DNA of 64,000 bases from a virus, in the IMG/VR virus record IMGVR_UViG_3300037010_002901, positions 5,419 to 69,418 of that record, one strand, 5' to 3'. Of the stretch, positions 1 to 10,300 are shown piece by piece. Within the stretch, counting starts at the first letter, position 1. Every line of letters begins with the position of its first letter. Under the pieces are notes generated by a model. It worked only from the letters and a program-made list of their open reading frames with translations, had not been told where the DNA came from and searched no databases. A program made the translations under genes and the position numbers.

Positions 1-176
1 TCCTTGCGTTTTACAAACGTGCTGCACCGATTAATTATTTCTACTTTTTTTCTATTGAATTCCCCTTCACAGAAAGCGCTTTTTGCTGGGCGCTTCAACT
101 TTTTCGTATGACGCAGTAGAACTTCGGCTATTGCCAGCTCCCGCACTGATTGTACATACATCTCCCTTTGTGTCAT
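1..176 (-). CDS. hypothetical protein, partial (runs off window)
   Basis: Manual translation MTQREMYVQSVRELAIAEV..., open to the edge; ATGA overlap with the stop of ORF 173..361. Confidence 0.55.
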   Translation of the reverse strand, partial: MTQREMYVQSVRELAIAEVLLRHTKKLKRPAKSAFCEGEFNRKKVEIINRCSTFVKRK

Positions 177-361
177 TGCTTCGCTTTGTCAAATTCAATT
201 TTGAAATGAACTGGACAAAGCTGTTTACCGTTCAGCCTGATCACTGGCCCGCGCCGGCTACAATCGCTACATTTTGGTTTTGCTTCCAGCTCTTTACCAC
301 CGCGCACATCTTCACGTGTCATATTATCTGAATATCCTATTTCTCCACCCACCATCAACAA
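173..361 (-). CDS. small putative zinc-binding protein
   Basis: CSDC...LCPVH motif; tightly packed in the operon. Confidence 0.5.
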   Translation of the reverse strand: MLMVGGEIGYSDNMTREDVRGGKELEAKPKCSDCSRRGPVIRLNGKQLCPVHFKIEFDKAKQ

Positions 362-364
362 AAT

Positions 365-700
365 TTATGAATTTGTTGGTTCGAAAATGTGAAAAACAAG
401 CCCAGTATTAGACTTAACAGTAGAAATATATTTTTCTACTGTCGTTGGGAATAGAACAACCTGTGGCATATATAAAAAACGGCAACTATTTTTTATTTGA
501 TGAAAATACGTATCCATTGATTTACCTATCCATTTACAGATGCACGCAAAACTTTCCACGTCAGGTTTTGTCCACCTCTCCAGACGGCTCAATGTCGCAG
601 CACTTAACCCCGCCTTGGTTATCGCTGCTCGCAGCGATAACCCCTGTGCCTTTCTAAAAGTCACTAAATCCGCAGAGAATTTATCTGTATCAAATGTCAT
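365..700 (-). CDS. XRE-family helix-turn-helix regulator
   Basis: FRKAQGLSLRAAITKAGLSAATLSRLER = HTH_3 pattern; own TAGATTTG promoter near 721-728. Confidence 0.85.
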   Translation of the reverse strand: MTFDTDKFSADLVTFRKAQGLSLRAAITKAGLSAATLSRLERWTKPDVESFACICKWIGKSMDTYFHQIKNSCRFLYMPQVVLFPTTVEKYISTVKSNTGLVFHIFEPTNS

Positions 701-744
701 ATCTTGTTTCGCTTGTGATACAAATCTATGGATATTTCTGAAAT

Positions 745-774
745 AAAACCCCCCCCCGGAAAATCCGAGGGCTC
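745..774 (-). terminator. intrinsic terminator
   Basis: GCCCTCGGA-TTT-TCCGGGGGG hairpin plus T tract after ORF 801..1178. Confidence 0.6.
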
Positions 775-800
775 TAGTGTACTATCATTCGACAGGCTTT

Positions 801-1178
801 TTAGGCATTGGCTGCCTGCGCTTTCTTTTTTGCTTCATGACCAGAAATCAGGCCTTTGATCAATGCAAGAAGAGGACCTGAGCCGCCTTCTATTGCATCC
901 CACGCCCCTTTTATAATACCCACCCATTTTTCAAATACGGTTTGAGTATTTACATCTGGAATAAGAGTACCTCCAGTGGCGAGCGCATCGAGCAGAGTGT
1001 CGCCGACGTCTTTCAGCGCCGGTGCCGGAGCAGCTTCAACCGTTTTTGCTTGCAGTACTATTTCGTCAAGCACATCAAGCGCAGATTGAACGCCGAGAAA
1101 CTTCAGGAGTGTGATCAGGAAAAGAGCAATTTTGCCCGCGAGAGATTTTTCTTTGTCTGTAAGTGTAACTTGTGACAT
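801..1178 (-). CDS. hypothetical protein in lysis region
   Basis: N-terminal hydrophobic helix; downstream of endolysin. Confidence 0.6.
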   Translation of the reverse strand: MSQVTLTDKEKSLAGKIALFLITLLKFLGVQSALDVLDEIVLQAKTVEAAPAPALKDVGDTLLDALATGGTLIPDVNTQTVFEKWVGIIKGAWDAIEGGSGPLLALIKGLISGHEAKKKAQAANA

Positions 1179-1225
1179 AAAGTTGATTTTGTTTTTGTTT
1201 ATAATAATTGGACCGTAAAGATATA

Positions 1226-1504
1226 TTATTTCCCGAAAAGCTGAAAATCTATCAAGGAAATGATATCTCCGCGTTGCGTATCGCTCAAATCCATAAAATC
1301 AAGATCAACCTGCTTTGCTACTTGGTCAGCGCCGAATTTCATCTTTCTGCAATGACGAACGCATCTTCTCATTTTTTTATTGATTACCCGCTGTTTGACT
1401 AAAGGAATTTGTGTTTGAATCCAAGCATTGATAGCTGGGCTCAGTTTTTCCCCGAGCAATGCAAGATCATCAAGCCATTTAAAAATTAAAGTAGGATCGT
1501 ACAT
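1226..1504 (-). CDS. hypothetical protein
   Basis: Start overlaps the endolysin stop (TAATG). Confidence 0.6.
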   Translation of the reverse strand: MYDPTLIFKWLDDLALLGEKLSPAINAWIQTQIPLVKQRVINKKMRRCVRHCRKMKFGADQVAKQVDLDFMDLSDTQRGDIISLIDFQLFGK

Positions 1505-2160
1505 TATTTGAAATCGTTGAAGTGAAGAAGTGTATAAGTTATATCTCCCGTTTTTGCCATCAGTTCTATGTATGGCCGAATTTGATCATGAACATCAGCC
1601 TGTGTTACTTGGCACCCAGCCGATAAGTTTTGTACGAACTTCATAAAAAAACCAGCCCAAGAATGGAAATTGATTCCGAACATACCGGTATTCATTCCTA
1701 CGCGATCCAATATGTAATCACGATCAGAATCTCTATATACGGTCATAGGAGCTACTTGAGCCAAGAACGGCATCTTAGACCATCCAGTGTTTGATAGACG
1801 CCATACATGGGGATATTGTCCTTCCACGAGACAAGCGCATCCCTTTACACTATCGATATACTGTTCGTTGAGGAAATATTGCGCACCAGGCTTTGTACTC
1901 ATAGAAAACATCGATAGAGAACATCCATGTATGATTATACCCCAATCCGTAAATTGGTTTGTGTAGGCATCATCCATTCTTATGCCGATTAGTTCATAGT
2001 CTCCCGAAGAGACGTACCCTTTATCATTGAACACCTTTGTAATCTTTGCTAACATATCCGAGATAGCCAATTGCGTCAATGGTCCTATCACGCCGTCAAT
2101 TGCCCCAGTGTAGAATCCAAACTCTGAAAGGCCTTTCTGTGTAAGTTGATTAAGTTGCAT
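1504..2160 (-). CDS. putative endolysin: peptidoglycan-binding domain plus L,D-transpeptidase (YkuD)-like domain
   Basis: GFYTGAIDGVIGPLTQLAI (PG_binding_1-like) and GINFH...SAGCQV His/Cys motif; ATG 2160 preferred because it follows promoter TATTTTTG. Confidence 0.75.
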   Translation of the reverse strand: MQLNQLTQKGLSEFGFYTGAIDGVIGPLTQLAISDMLAKITKVFNDKGYVSSGDYELIGIRMDDAYTNQFTDWGIIIHGCSLSMFSMSTKPGAQYFLNEQYIDSVKGCACLVEGQYPHVWRLSNTGWSKMPFLAQVAPMTVYRDSDRDYILDRVGMNTGMFGINFHSWAGFFMKFVQNLSAGCQVTQADVHDQIRPYIELMAKTGDITYTLLHFNDFK

Positions 2161-2220
2161 ATGCAAAAATAGAAAAAGCCCTCAATTTGAGAGCCTTTTC
2201 TAGCATTTAAAGTCAAAACC

Positions 2221-2616
2221 CTAGTCTCTGACTTGCTCCCACACTTTACTGAAATGCTTTTTTCTTTTTTGGATGCCAACCAAATATATTCCTTCTGCCA
2301 AAGTAGTAGGTTTATGATCAGCAATTGGCATTACTTGATTTTTATCCCAATACTCGGGAGTCAGGTTTGCATAACCTGTATGGTTTAGGGTTGCTCCATC
2401 TGTGCCTACCTTTATTATAAAGGTGTCGGTTTGCTCTTTGTGCTTAAAAAGCTGGTAGTCTCCGCATAAAGCATGAGCGTGTCCTGATTTTTCAGACTTA
2501 GCAAAGAAAGTCTTAGCTGACTTCTCCCAACACTCAGGAATGCCAGTTATTTGAAACATTTGAACATCGCCTTGATGCGCATTTACTCCCGTGTAGTTAA
2601 TTTCGTTTTTTTTCAT
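2221..2616 (-). CDS. conserved phage protein (HQGDV...SGHAH family), partner of DUF6745-like protein
   Basis: HQGDV, EKSGHAH, DHKP motifs; lies next to the repeat protein. Confidence 0.7.
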   Translation of the reverse strand: MKKNEINYTGVNAHQGDVQMFQITGIPECWEKSAKTFFAKSEKSGHAHALCGDYQLFKHKEQTDTFIIKVGTDGATLNHTGYANLTPEYWDKNQVMPIADHKPTTLAEGIYLVGIQKRKKHFSKVWEQVRD

Positions 2617-2777
2617 TGTTTTTTATTTAAATTTCCGTTGAATACTTCTTTAAGGTTCACCTTACTTCCTGTCATGGCATTTAATAATACTAACCGAGTA
2701 ATGGATGGCATTAGTGCCTCTTTTATATTTTCTGCGACCTGTTTTTAAACAGTATCCTTTATTTCCTGCTCTGTCAT
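2613..2777 (-). pseudogene. small ORF with one in-frame TAA
   Basis: MTEQEIKDTV*KQVAENIKEALMP...KKQ; TAA at 2745-2747; final TGA overlaps the next ATG. Confidence 0.45.
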
Positions 2778-2786
2778 AATTTATTT

Positions 2787-4082
2787 TTAACTTCTTGAAA
2801 ACCATTTATAAGGTACTTCTTTAGATACATAATCCGGTCTTGCATACTTCGCAGCTTCCTCGCATGTTTGGAATGATGAATCAGAAGGAATCAGATATGT
2901 AGCCATTGTTGAAGGGCAGGTCAATTTCAACCAGCACAAAGGAACTCCTGAATTCCCATTTAAATCCTCTTCCTCGTCGAAATAGTCTTCGGTTTTATAA
3001 AGTTGCATCAACTCGGTATCACCATTCGCATGAACAAAAGTTTGTTCATGAACAATTCCTGCTCCCAAGAATGAGAGCATTGAACCCTCTCCTTGACCCT
3101 CAATTACTTCATACATTCCAGCTTTAACATCTTCATTAGTTTCCGAGATAAATTGCTCTTTTGTAAATGGAGCAAATATCCAAGACGGCATTGCTCTTCC
3201 GTGAATATAATATTGACCATAACCATCAGAAAATTGAACAGCATACCCATTAATACAATGAAGCCTATTTTCTTCGTCTCTTTTTATAGAATTTGGATAC
3301 TTGCTTACAATACATAGTCCTTGTAATTGAATACATAGAAATGATTGCTCAGCACAATCTCTTATCATTTTTAACTCATTATACTTATCAAGCGCGATAC
3401 CACAGCTGTCCTTAAAAAAACTATAAAATGAAGTCCATCCTAAATCTGATGAATTCCCATATATAGCAAACGTTTTATACTGATCCCTGACCTGATCCCT
3501 GACCTGAGCCCCGACCTGAGCCCTGACCTGATCCCCGACCTGATCCCTGACCTGATCCCAGACCTGATCCCTGACCTGATCCCAGACCTGATCCCTGACC
3601 TGAGCCCCGACCTGAGCCCTGACCTGAGCCCAGACCTGAGCCCAGACCTGATCCCAGACCTGATCCCCGACCTGATCCCCGACCTGATCCCAGACCTGAT
3701 CCCAGACCTGAGCCCCGACCTGATCCCAGACCTGATCCCAGACCTGAGCCCCGACCTGATCCCAGACCTGATCCCAGACCTGAGCCCCGACCTGATCCCT
3801 GACCTGAGCCCTGACCTGAGCCCCGACCTGAGCCCTGACCTGAGCCCCGACCTGAGCCTTCAAAAGCGAAGCTGCGTATTGACAAGCTAATGGGGATTCT
3901 AATAATAGAACAATTGGGGCATCTAACTTGCATAGTTGATACAACCTATGAAATGAATCAATAGCCTTGGCGTGGCTAGAATTTTTATAAAATTCGTATT
4001 CAAATACATTCGCTAAAGTTTTGATTGCGCATGATTTCATTTGCGCTTCCTGATCTAAAGAAAGACTATTTACTTTTTCCAT
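2787..4082 (-). CDS. DUF6745-like protein with central tetrapeptide repeat array
   Basis: LESPLACQ, (QV[WRG][DA])n, [16 protein letters not shown]...Y.IHG and TCPST...Y motifs; ATG 4082 preferred over the TTG start at 4145. Confidence 0.8.
   Translation of the reverse strand: MEKVNSLSLDQEAQMKSCAIKTLANVFEYEFYKNSSHAKAIDSFHRLYQLCKLDAPIVLLLESPLACQYAASLLKAQVGAQVRAQVGAQVRAQVRDQVGAQVWDQVWDQVGAQVWDQVWDQVGAQVWDQVWDQVGDQVGDQVWDQVWAQVWAQVRAQVGAQVRDQVWDQVRDQVWDQVRDQVGDQVRAQVGAQVRDQVRDQYKTFAIYGNSSDLGWTSFYSFFKDSCGIALDKYNELKMIRDCAEQSFLCIQLQGLCIVSKYPNSIKRDEENRLHCINGYAVQFSDGYGQYYIHGRAMPSWIFAPFTKEQFISETNEDVKAGMYEVIEGQGEGSMLSFLGAGIVHEQTFVHANGDTELMQLYKTEDYFDEEEDLNGNSGVPLCWLKLTCPSTMATYLIPSDSSFQTCEEAAKYARPDYVSKEVPYKWFSRS
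3481..3858 (-). repeat. 12-bp coding tandem repeat CAG GTC (T/A/G)GG G(A/C)T, about 31 copies
   Basis: Directly visible; only two positions vary. Confidence 0.95.
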
Positions 4083-4205
4083 AAAATAAAAAGCTCGGAC
4101 AACGATTGTGGCGAAGTCCGAGCAATTATGACGTTTTACCGTCAATTAGTTAATGCTTTTAAATACTCCACAATTAATATTTATCAGATATGTAGAGCAA
4201 ATGTA
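4083..4205 (-). promoter_or_regulatory. promoter plus structured leader ending in a terminator-like hairpin
   Basis: TACATTTG (4198-4205); ATTGTGG/CCACAAT helix interleaved with GCTCGGAC/GTCCGAGC plus T tract. Confidence 0.65.
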
Positions 4206-4244
4206 TTTATTTCTTTTGAATTGCCAAAAGCACTTACCAGTTTT

Positions 4245-4568
4245 TTATTTCTTTTTTTTAGACGGTTGCTCGGGCAATATCATTTCGCAAATCCAGCAAG
4301 AAGAGTCCACATTTGAAGAGGACGAGTCAATAGTAGCTGGCAATTTAAAGTGTCGATTAATATACGCCAAACCAACTTTCTTTTCTATTATCATAATTCT
4401 GGCTTGATGATCTACGACTTTTTCATGATCAGAAGTAACGGTATTATATACAGCTGCCATCATGTACAGCATTACTATACCGCCAGCGTAAGAAAGCAAT
4501 CTGTGAATCCAATGCGGCACTTCTGGCAGCTCGATTTTACTTGTAGAATTATTTTTCCTTGTTGTCAT
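4245..4568 (-). CDS. membrane protein, possible lysis accessory
   Basis: Single hydrophobic helix followed by a coiled segment; ATGA overlap. Confidence 0.55.
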   Translation of the reverse strand: MTTRKNNSTSKIELPEVPHWIHRLLSYAGGIVMLYMMAAVYNTVTSDHEKVVDHQARIMIIEKKVGLAYINRHFKLPATIDSSSSNVDSSCWICEMILPEQPSKKKK

Positions 4569-4822
4569 TTCGGTTCACCTTCTTTTACTGATTCAATAGT
4601 GGCAGGGTCGGTTCCTATCACGTACTCTATCCATTTGAAAAAAGTACCTATATATGAGGATAGCGCAAGCAGTAGCACCTTGGCTTCCTTGCTAATCATA
4701 TCGTCTGGTATGCCCATGATTATGGTGGTCGTAGCTGGCTGCAGTATGGCTATGAAACCATTGACTGCTCTACGTAGAAGAAGCGGTGCAGGTACACCTA
4801 TTTGGTCTAATCCTATTTTCAT
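4565..4822 (-). CDS. putative holin-like membrane protein
   Basis: 85 aa with two hydrophobic segments; between fibre and lysis genes. Confidence 0.45.
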   Translation of the reverse strand: MKIGLDQIGVPAPLLLRRAVNGFIAILQPATTTIIMGIPDDMISKEAKVLLLALSSYIGTFFKWIEYVIGTDPATIESVKEGEPK

Positions 4823-4833
4823 ATTATGGGTAT

Positions 4834-5976
4834 TTAATAGATGTAGAAAAATGTGACTCGCTCAGTTCCTATTAGTGTAGTTCCTGTATAGGTAATAGAA
4901 GAACCACTATTTGAGTAAGTAGTTATATCAATAGCTAGTCCATTTACAAACATCTGTACTGATCCCGATGGAGTATGAGATATAGAGAATATAGTTTGAG
5001 CTACGCCTGCGGTCTGTTGATCTGCTCCCTGACGCATTTGAGGCTGCCATGTACCCTTCCCATTGGCATCGGAGGTAAATACATAACCTGAGCCTTGTGT
5101 TCCATCTATTATATTAGTATGTCCATCTGAGTCGATTATAAATGCAAATCCAAGTCCTGGGTCAACTGCAAAGGGTCTATTTCTTTTTATCCATATTTGT
5201 GGTGAGTGTGGACTTGGGTCATCTACAAATAGATTGACATAAAAATCTCCTTGTGTAGTATCATAAGCTGCGCTTATACCAGACCCTTTATTAGATGATA
5301 CATCAAAACAATAGATTAAATTTTCATGATCAGAAGGGTCATCAAACCCAACCACATTATTCATATATCCATAACGTAGATTCCCATCTTTTTGGACGAT
5401 TTGATATGTTACGTTACCTGTATATTCATTAGGGAATACACCATTCGTAATATTATTAACCATATCAGTAAATAAATGCATTCCATGTACATCTAATCTT
5501 GATAATGGGTATGCTGTACCTATACCTAAATTTTTAGTTGTATCCGTAAGCCATGTATCAGAGCCACTTTGTGACCAATACTTTGAACCCGCAGGCACAG
5601 CCCATGCACCTTGTCCATTTAAAAACGTAGTAGGATCATAGTTTAGCATAAGCCCCCCAGTGCCGGAATCAATCCTAAAGCAAATATTATAGAGCAACTT
5701 TCTAGCGCTATCGATGTTTGGAGCTATATTCACTACTGTGAGATAATTCCAGTCAGCAATCAAATATCTGTTTGCCGTTGTATAAACTGAAATGTATGAA
5801 GAGGTAGCATTTATGCCCATCGAGTTTTTGGGTTCCGCAGTGCGAATGTGAGAGGTTGTATCGTAAAAAACTACGTATGCAGCGCTATCTTGAACGGTGT
5901 ATATGTGTTGCTGCGCTGATGACAATATGGATATTGCCAAACCAAATGTAAATAGTATGGCCTTGAGATATTTCAT
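4834..5976 (-). CDS. tail-fibre-like protein with Sec signal peptide
   Basis: MKYLKAILFTFGLAISILSSA-QQ; NLGIGTAYP and DGTQGSGYVFTSDANGKGTWQ fibre motifs. Confidence 0.55.
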   Translation of the reverse strand: MKYLKAILFTFGLAISILSSAQQHIYTVQDSAAYVVFYDTTSHIRTAEPKNSMGINATSSYISVYTTANRYLIADWNYLTVVNIAPNIDSARKLLYNICFRIDSGTGGLMLNYDPTTFLNGQGAWAVPAGSKYWSQSGSDTWLTDTTKNLGIGTAYPLSRLDVHGMHLFTDMVNNITNGVFPNEYTGNVTYQIVQKDGNLRYGYMNNVVGFDDPSDHENLIYCFDVSSNKGSGISAAYDTTQGDFYVNLFVDDPSPHSPQIWIKRNRPFAVDPGLGFAFIIDSDGHTNIIDGTQGSGYVFTSDANGKGTWQPQMRQGADQQTAGVAQTIFSISHTPSGSVQMFVNGLAIDITTYSNSGSSITYTGTTLIGTERVTFFYIY

Positions 5977-5988
5977 AGACTTTAAATT

Positions 5989-6453
5989 TTATCGTTGTTC
6001 TACGACACGAACAGAGGTACCGCTGCTAGTGTCTACCAATACTGGATCTAGTGTTTTCGGAAGATCATGCACGCCCTCCCTTATCCGCATGTTCAAAGGA
6101 AAGCCTGCATTTAGATTTTGTCCATTCACATACGCGGATCCGTTACCGACATTTTCCAGTTGGTATGAAACTAAAAGCCCCTCTACCACATTACCAGTCT
6201 CAGCTCCAGAAAGAGTGATATTGGTGCCGGGTGTCAACCAAACTACGTTTGCACTGTAAGAGTGTACTCTAACCAAAAGTCCGGCAGTCGGAAAGAACAG
6301 CCATACGTTAGCATATTTGTTAAGCAGCAATCTAAGATCATCGCTACCAGCATACGCCAGTCGGCGCCCGGTCCCCGTAAAGGTGCCAGAAGTAGTTACC
6401 ACTGCATGTGGCACGCTATCTTTTCCGTTGGCTATGGTCCTGATTATCTCCAT
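5989..6453 (-). CDS. hypothetical virion protein
   Basis: Beta-rich ORF in the structural operon. Confidence 0.55.
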   Translation of the reverse strand: MEIIRTIANGKDSVPHAVVTTSGTFTGTGRRLAYAGSDDLRLLLNKYANVWLFFPTAGLLVRVHSYSANVVWLTPGTNITLSGAETGNVVEGLLVSYQLENVGNGSAYVNGQNLNAGFPLNMRIREGVHDLPKTLDPVLVDTSSGTSVRVVEQR

Positions 6454-6455
6454 TA

Positions 6456-7250
6456 TTATGCTATTTGGCTGCCACTCACTACATACGAAGTCGGGAGAAG
6501 CAATGGTGAATCATAAATGATTTTTGTGGTGCTTGTGCCATCATATGTTTTGCTTACCACCCACAGCTGGTTTAGCATGATGCTTGGTCCTTTTGATACC
6601 TTGTTATCTCCATTCACAAGAACTCCGGTGAATGGGACAAGCGGGCTACTGATTGTCTGATCAGTAAGAAAGGCTTGCATCTGCTCTGCTGCACCCTCGC
6701 CACCAGTAAAGTTGGTATTCACTGCAACAGAAAATGTAGGGCCGGTATTGGGGCCAAAAGAAACGTTCACCACCTTACCATTCCAGTATGATGTGCTTCC
6801 AGCCGGTCCATGAAGTGTATAGAGAATTGCTCTGCCAACCAAAGTCGAAGTTTGAGTAAAGCCTTGAGTATTGGCATTCAAAAGTGCTGTCACTGCCGTT
6901 CTTATTGCCGCCGGGGTTTCACCACCTGCACATATGTAATTGTAGGCAACTCCATCTACGGTTACTATCACTTTATCCCCCGCTGTGGCCGACACTGCCG
7001 CAGTAAAACCAGCGGTAGCGGCTGTGTCAGTAAATCTTGCTTCGAAGTCATATGTGTCAGGAGTCGCATTTGAGCCCCAGTAAATCACACGCAGTGTAGG
7101 CGTATTTGTATTGTCAATAGACAGTACACCAGTTTGCACGCTTATGATTTTTTCCGTATTGATTGATTCTGCAGGAATATTAGAAACCAATGAACCATTG
7201 ATTGCTAAAAGTACCAGGCTGCCGTTATTCAGTGGGAGTTGAAATGTCAT
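6456..7250 (-). CDS. hypothetical virion protein
   Basis: Thr/Gly/Ala-rich; TATTTTTG promoter upstream near 7273-7280. Confidence 0.6.
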   Translation of the reverse strand: MTFQLPLNNGSLVLLAINGSLVSNIPAESINTEKIISVQTGVLSIDNTNTPTLRVIYWGSNATPDTYDFEARFTDTAATAGFTAAVSATAGDKVIVTVDGVAYNYICAGGETPAAIRTAVTALLNANTQGFTQTSTLVGRAILYTLHGPAGSTSYWNGKVVNVSFGPNTGPTFSVAVNTNFTGGEGAAEQMQAFLTDQTISSPLVPFTGVLVNGDNKVSKGPSIMLNQLWVVSKTYDGTSTTKIIYDSPLLLPTSYVVSGSQIA

Positions 7251-7311
7251 AGGTTGTTTTCTTTAGGTTGCACAAAAATAGATATTTTTTGAGATTACCA
7301 AATTTATTTTT

Positions 7312-10300
7312 TTAGTCTTCGTCTGTGAGCCCTTTATTGCTTTTATGAAGCAGTTCTTTATACCTTTCTTTTTGATCTGGAGTAAGCTTCTTCCACATAT
7401 CTGCTTGCTCGGCTGCCTTCATGCGTTTGAAGTGTATTTGATCATCCCCCAAACGTGCTTCATCGGCCATATTTTTCACTTTCTTTTTTGTGAGACCAGC
7501 GCCAGATTTATATTTGTCAGGCATGTTTTCTTCATAGTGATTTATAATTTGTTCTTGATCTGCATCAGGATTTTGAGCCGCAAAATCACGAATATTTTTA
7601 TTGACTTTATCCTTGTAATACAAATTCATACTTTCGGGAAGAGTCTGGCGTAATTTTGGAATACCGGCTTTCATAACATCAGTAAAACTATCTTCTTTTC
7701 GACGAATTTTGTTCCCAAATTCATCAACGTCATGCTCTTTAGCATAGTGCTGAACAACTGACGGTTCCGCAATATTTCTCACTTCCTTGGCTGCCCAAAT
7801 ATTGAGTTTGTGAGCAGGATCTTTTTTATCTCTGGCTGCCTCAAATAGATTCGCCGGACCACTTAGGAATGGAATAGACTCCAGTACCGAAATGGTAGAT
7901 TTTCCTATTGCCGTTGACAAATCTACATGTTTCATTTCCTTCTCTCCATCTTGCATTTGTTTCTTGACATCTGCGCCAATCATGGTACCAATGATAACTG
8001 GATGGTGAAGCGCCCAAGCTGGGACGTCAATTTCTTTTCCGGCAACAGTTACACGGTATGACTCTTTTTCCTGATCGTCTGCATGAATTACATCGCCTTT
8101 ATGATAGAGACCGCCAAAAGCACTACTGGCCAATCCGTAGGCTGCGGCTATGCCTATAGCACCCACAATATTTTTCCCAGCATTACGCATTACGTAGTCA
8201 GCATCCTCAGCGCTCAGATGTTCTACGCCACCTACCTTTTTTACCCGCCCATACGCTGCCGCACCACCACCTACATACGAACTCAAATCCTTCATGATGT
8301 TCAGGGGGATAGTTTTTACAGGGAATATTACATCAAGGGCTGTAGCTGCCATATAGCCAATAGTACCAGTTGTTTTAAGGTTGTCTATCATGCCTTGATA
8401 TTTCTTACTGACAGCATTTGGACTCTTAAAAATATTCCTTTCTGCATTATCCAACGCCAATGTATGAATGGTATTTTCCGTAGCCAAATCATTCAGGTCC
8501 CACCCTTGTCTTATTGCATATTCTGTGGCCGCTTGACGAGATGCATAGTACTCTGATCGGAAAGGCAACAATTTGGCAACCGCGTGGCTGTTATTTACAT
8601 AATCGGTAAAATGTGTTGGTTCAGTAGGAATGCTTTTCCTTTCTGTACCAAATCCATAGATTTCGCTTTTCCCTTCTTTAAATGTATTCGGTATGTCTTT
8701 ATAAAAAGCTTTTTTCATTAACTGATTGTAATTTTCTGCTAACTGCTTTACACTTAAACGGCCTTCAGTTGGCGCCTTTTCTGCCACACTTTTGAGCACT
8801 GTTTTACCCAATCCAGTTTGAATTGATTTACGCAAAGGAGTAACACTAAGCTGCCAAGCACCGGCAGCAATCAGCTTTCCTATAATTTTCGGGCTTGTAA
8901 GAATATTGAATCTATTCAAACGAGGAATCCAATCGACCGCCTTTTGCCACCCGGGTTTTGCAGCATAATCAAGCTTTGCTCTTTCAAGATCAATCTTGTC
9001 TTTTGCTGCATTTATTTTAGCCTGTATCTGGTGCATTTCTGGTGTCAGCGGCACGGGAGGTTTACGCTCCTCTTTACTGTAATCACCGTTCTTTATTTTC
9101 TCTTCGATCTTGCCAATAGTATTTTTGAGCCTTGTTAGTTTTGCCTTACCTCTTGGATCTGGAAGTTCGCCTGCTTCGATAGCAGCGGCTTTCCTATTTT
9201 TAAATTCTTCTTTACTTTGGTCAAGTGCCTCTTTTATTTTTTGGCCTTCTGCTGAAAGAACAACCGGCATTTTCTTGCCAGATTCTACATAGGTTCCTTT
9301 ATCTATTGCCTCTATAGATTTAGCCAAGTCTTCAATCTGCTTTGTCATCCTCTGAATAGCAGCCTGATCACGCGGGTCCTTTATTTTCGCATCTTTTACA
9401 GCCTGATATTCTGCATCCTTATATGCTTTTCTTAGAGTATCTAGTGCTTCTTTTGCAGATTTAGCTATTTCTGGTATTTCCCGAGAACTGGTTTTAGAAA
9501 AATCTCCGGCATTTATTTTATCCTGCAATTTACGGATTTGAGCTTCTATATTTTTTAGAATCCTTGTATCCTCCGGTGGGTAAATATCGCCTGATTTTAC
9601 ATCTTCCTTTATAGACAGCTCTTTAGCTTCTTTTTTCAGCCTCTCTACCTGTGATTGTAGCTCAGTTTTGGTACGAGTTTCTTTAATCTTTCCGTATCCA
9701 CTGATAGCATCGCGAATATGGCGCTCGCTTAGGTCTTTTACATCAGCCAGCTCATTCTTTATTTTTTCAACAATCTCAGGCAGTTCAATTTTAGCGGCGG
9801 CTCCTTTGGCATCGCCGAGAGCTTCCTCTACGTATCCTTTGAAGAGGTCATAAACCAATGGCGCTATTTCCTTGGCAATATCCGAAGTCGTTTCGTCATC
9901 CATTGCCAAGGATTTTGCTGCACCTGAAGCGGTCGCCGCTTTATGAAGTAGTGCCGCAGTCCTCTCTTTGATCTTACTTACAATTTCTTTTCGCTCTGCC
10001 TGTATGTCTTCTTTAGATCGAATACGATTGCCTCTGACAGATTTTTTTGTTTGCTCTACTGTGTCGCCATCGCTTTTTGCTTTGCGGCGTTTTTGCAGAT
10101 CATCTAATTCTTTTTGAAGCTCTTTTATCTTGGTAGTTTGCTCAAAAATTACTTTTTCTGTATCTGGAGATACAGTATCATGTTCAGCCTTGATTTGAGC
10201 CATTTGACCTAAGAAAGTATAGTCAGAAGCTATTTCGTCTTTTGCCGATCTTAAAGTGCGGCCCGCAGTAGACAACCCGCGTTTAAGCACTTTTGCTGTA

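Noticed and set aside
3481-3858. CRISPR array or diversity-generating retroelement
   Set aside because: No spacers, cas genes, reverse transcriptase or template/variable repeat pair in the window.
3475-3933. GSG(R/Q/L) repeat ORF
   Set aside because: Alternative frame of the 12-bp repeat; the QV[WRG][DA] frame is embedded in a full-length conserved protein.
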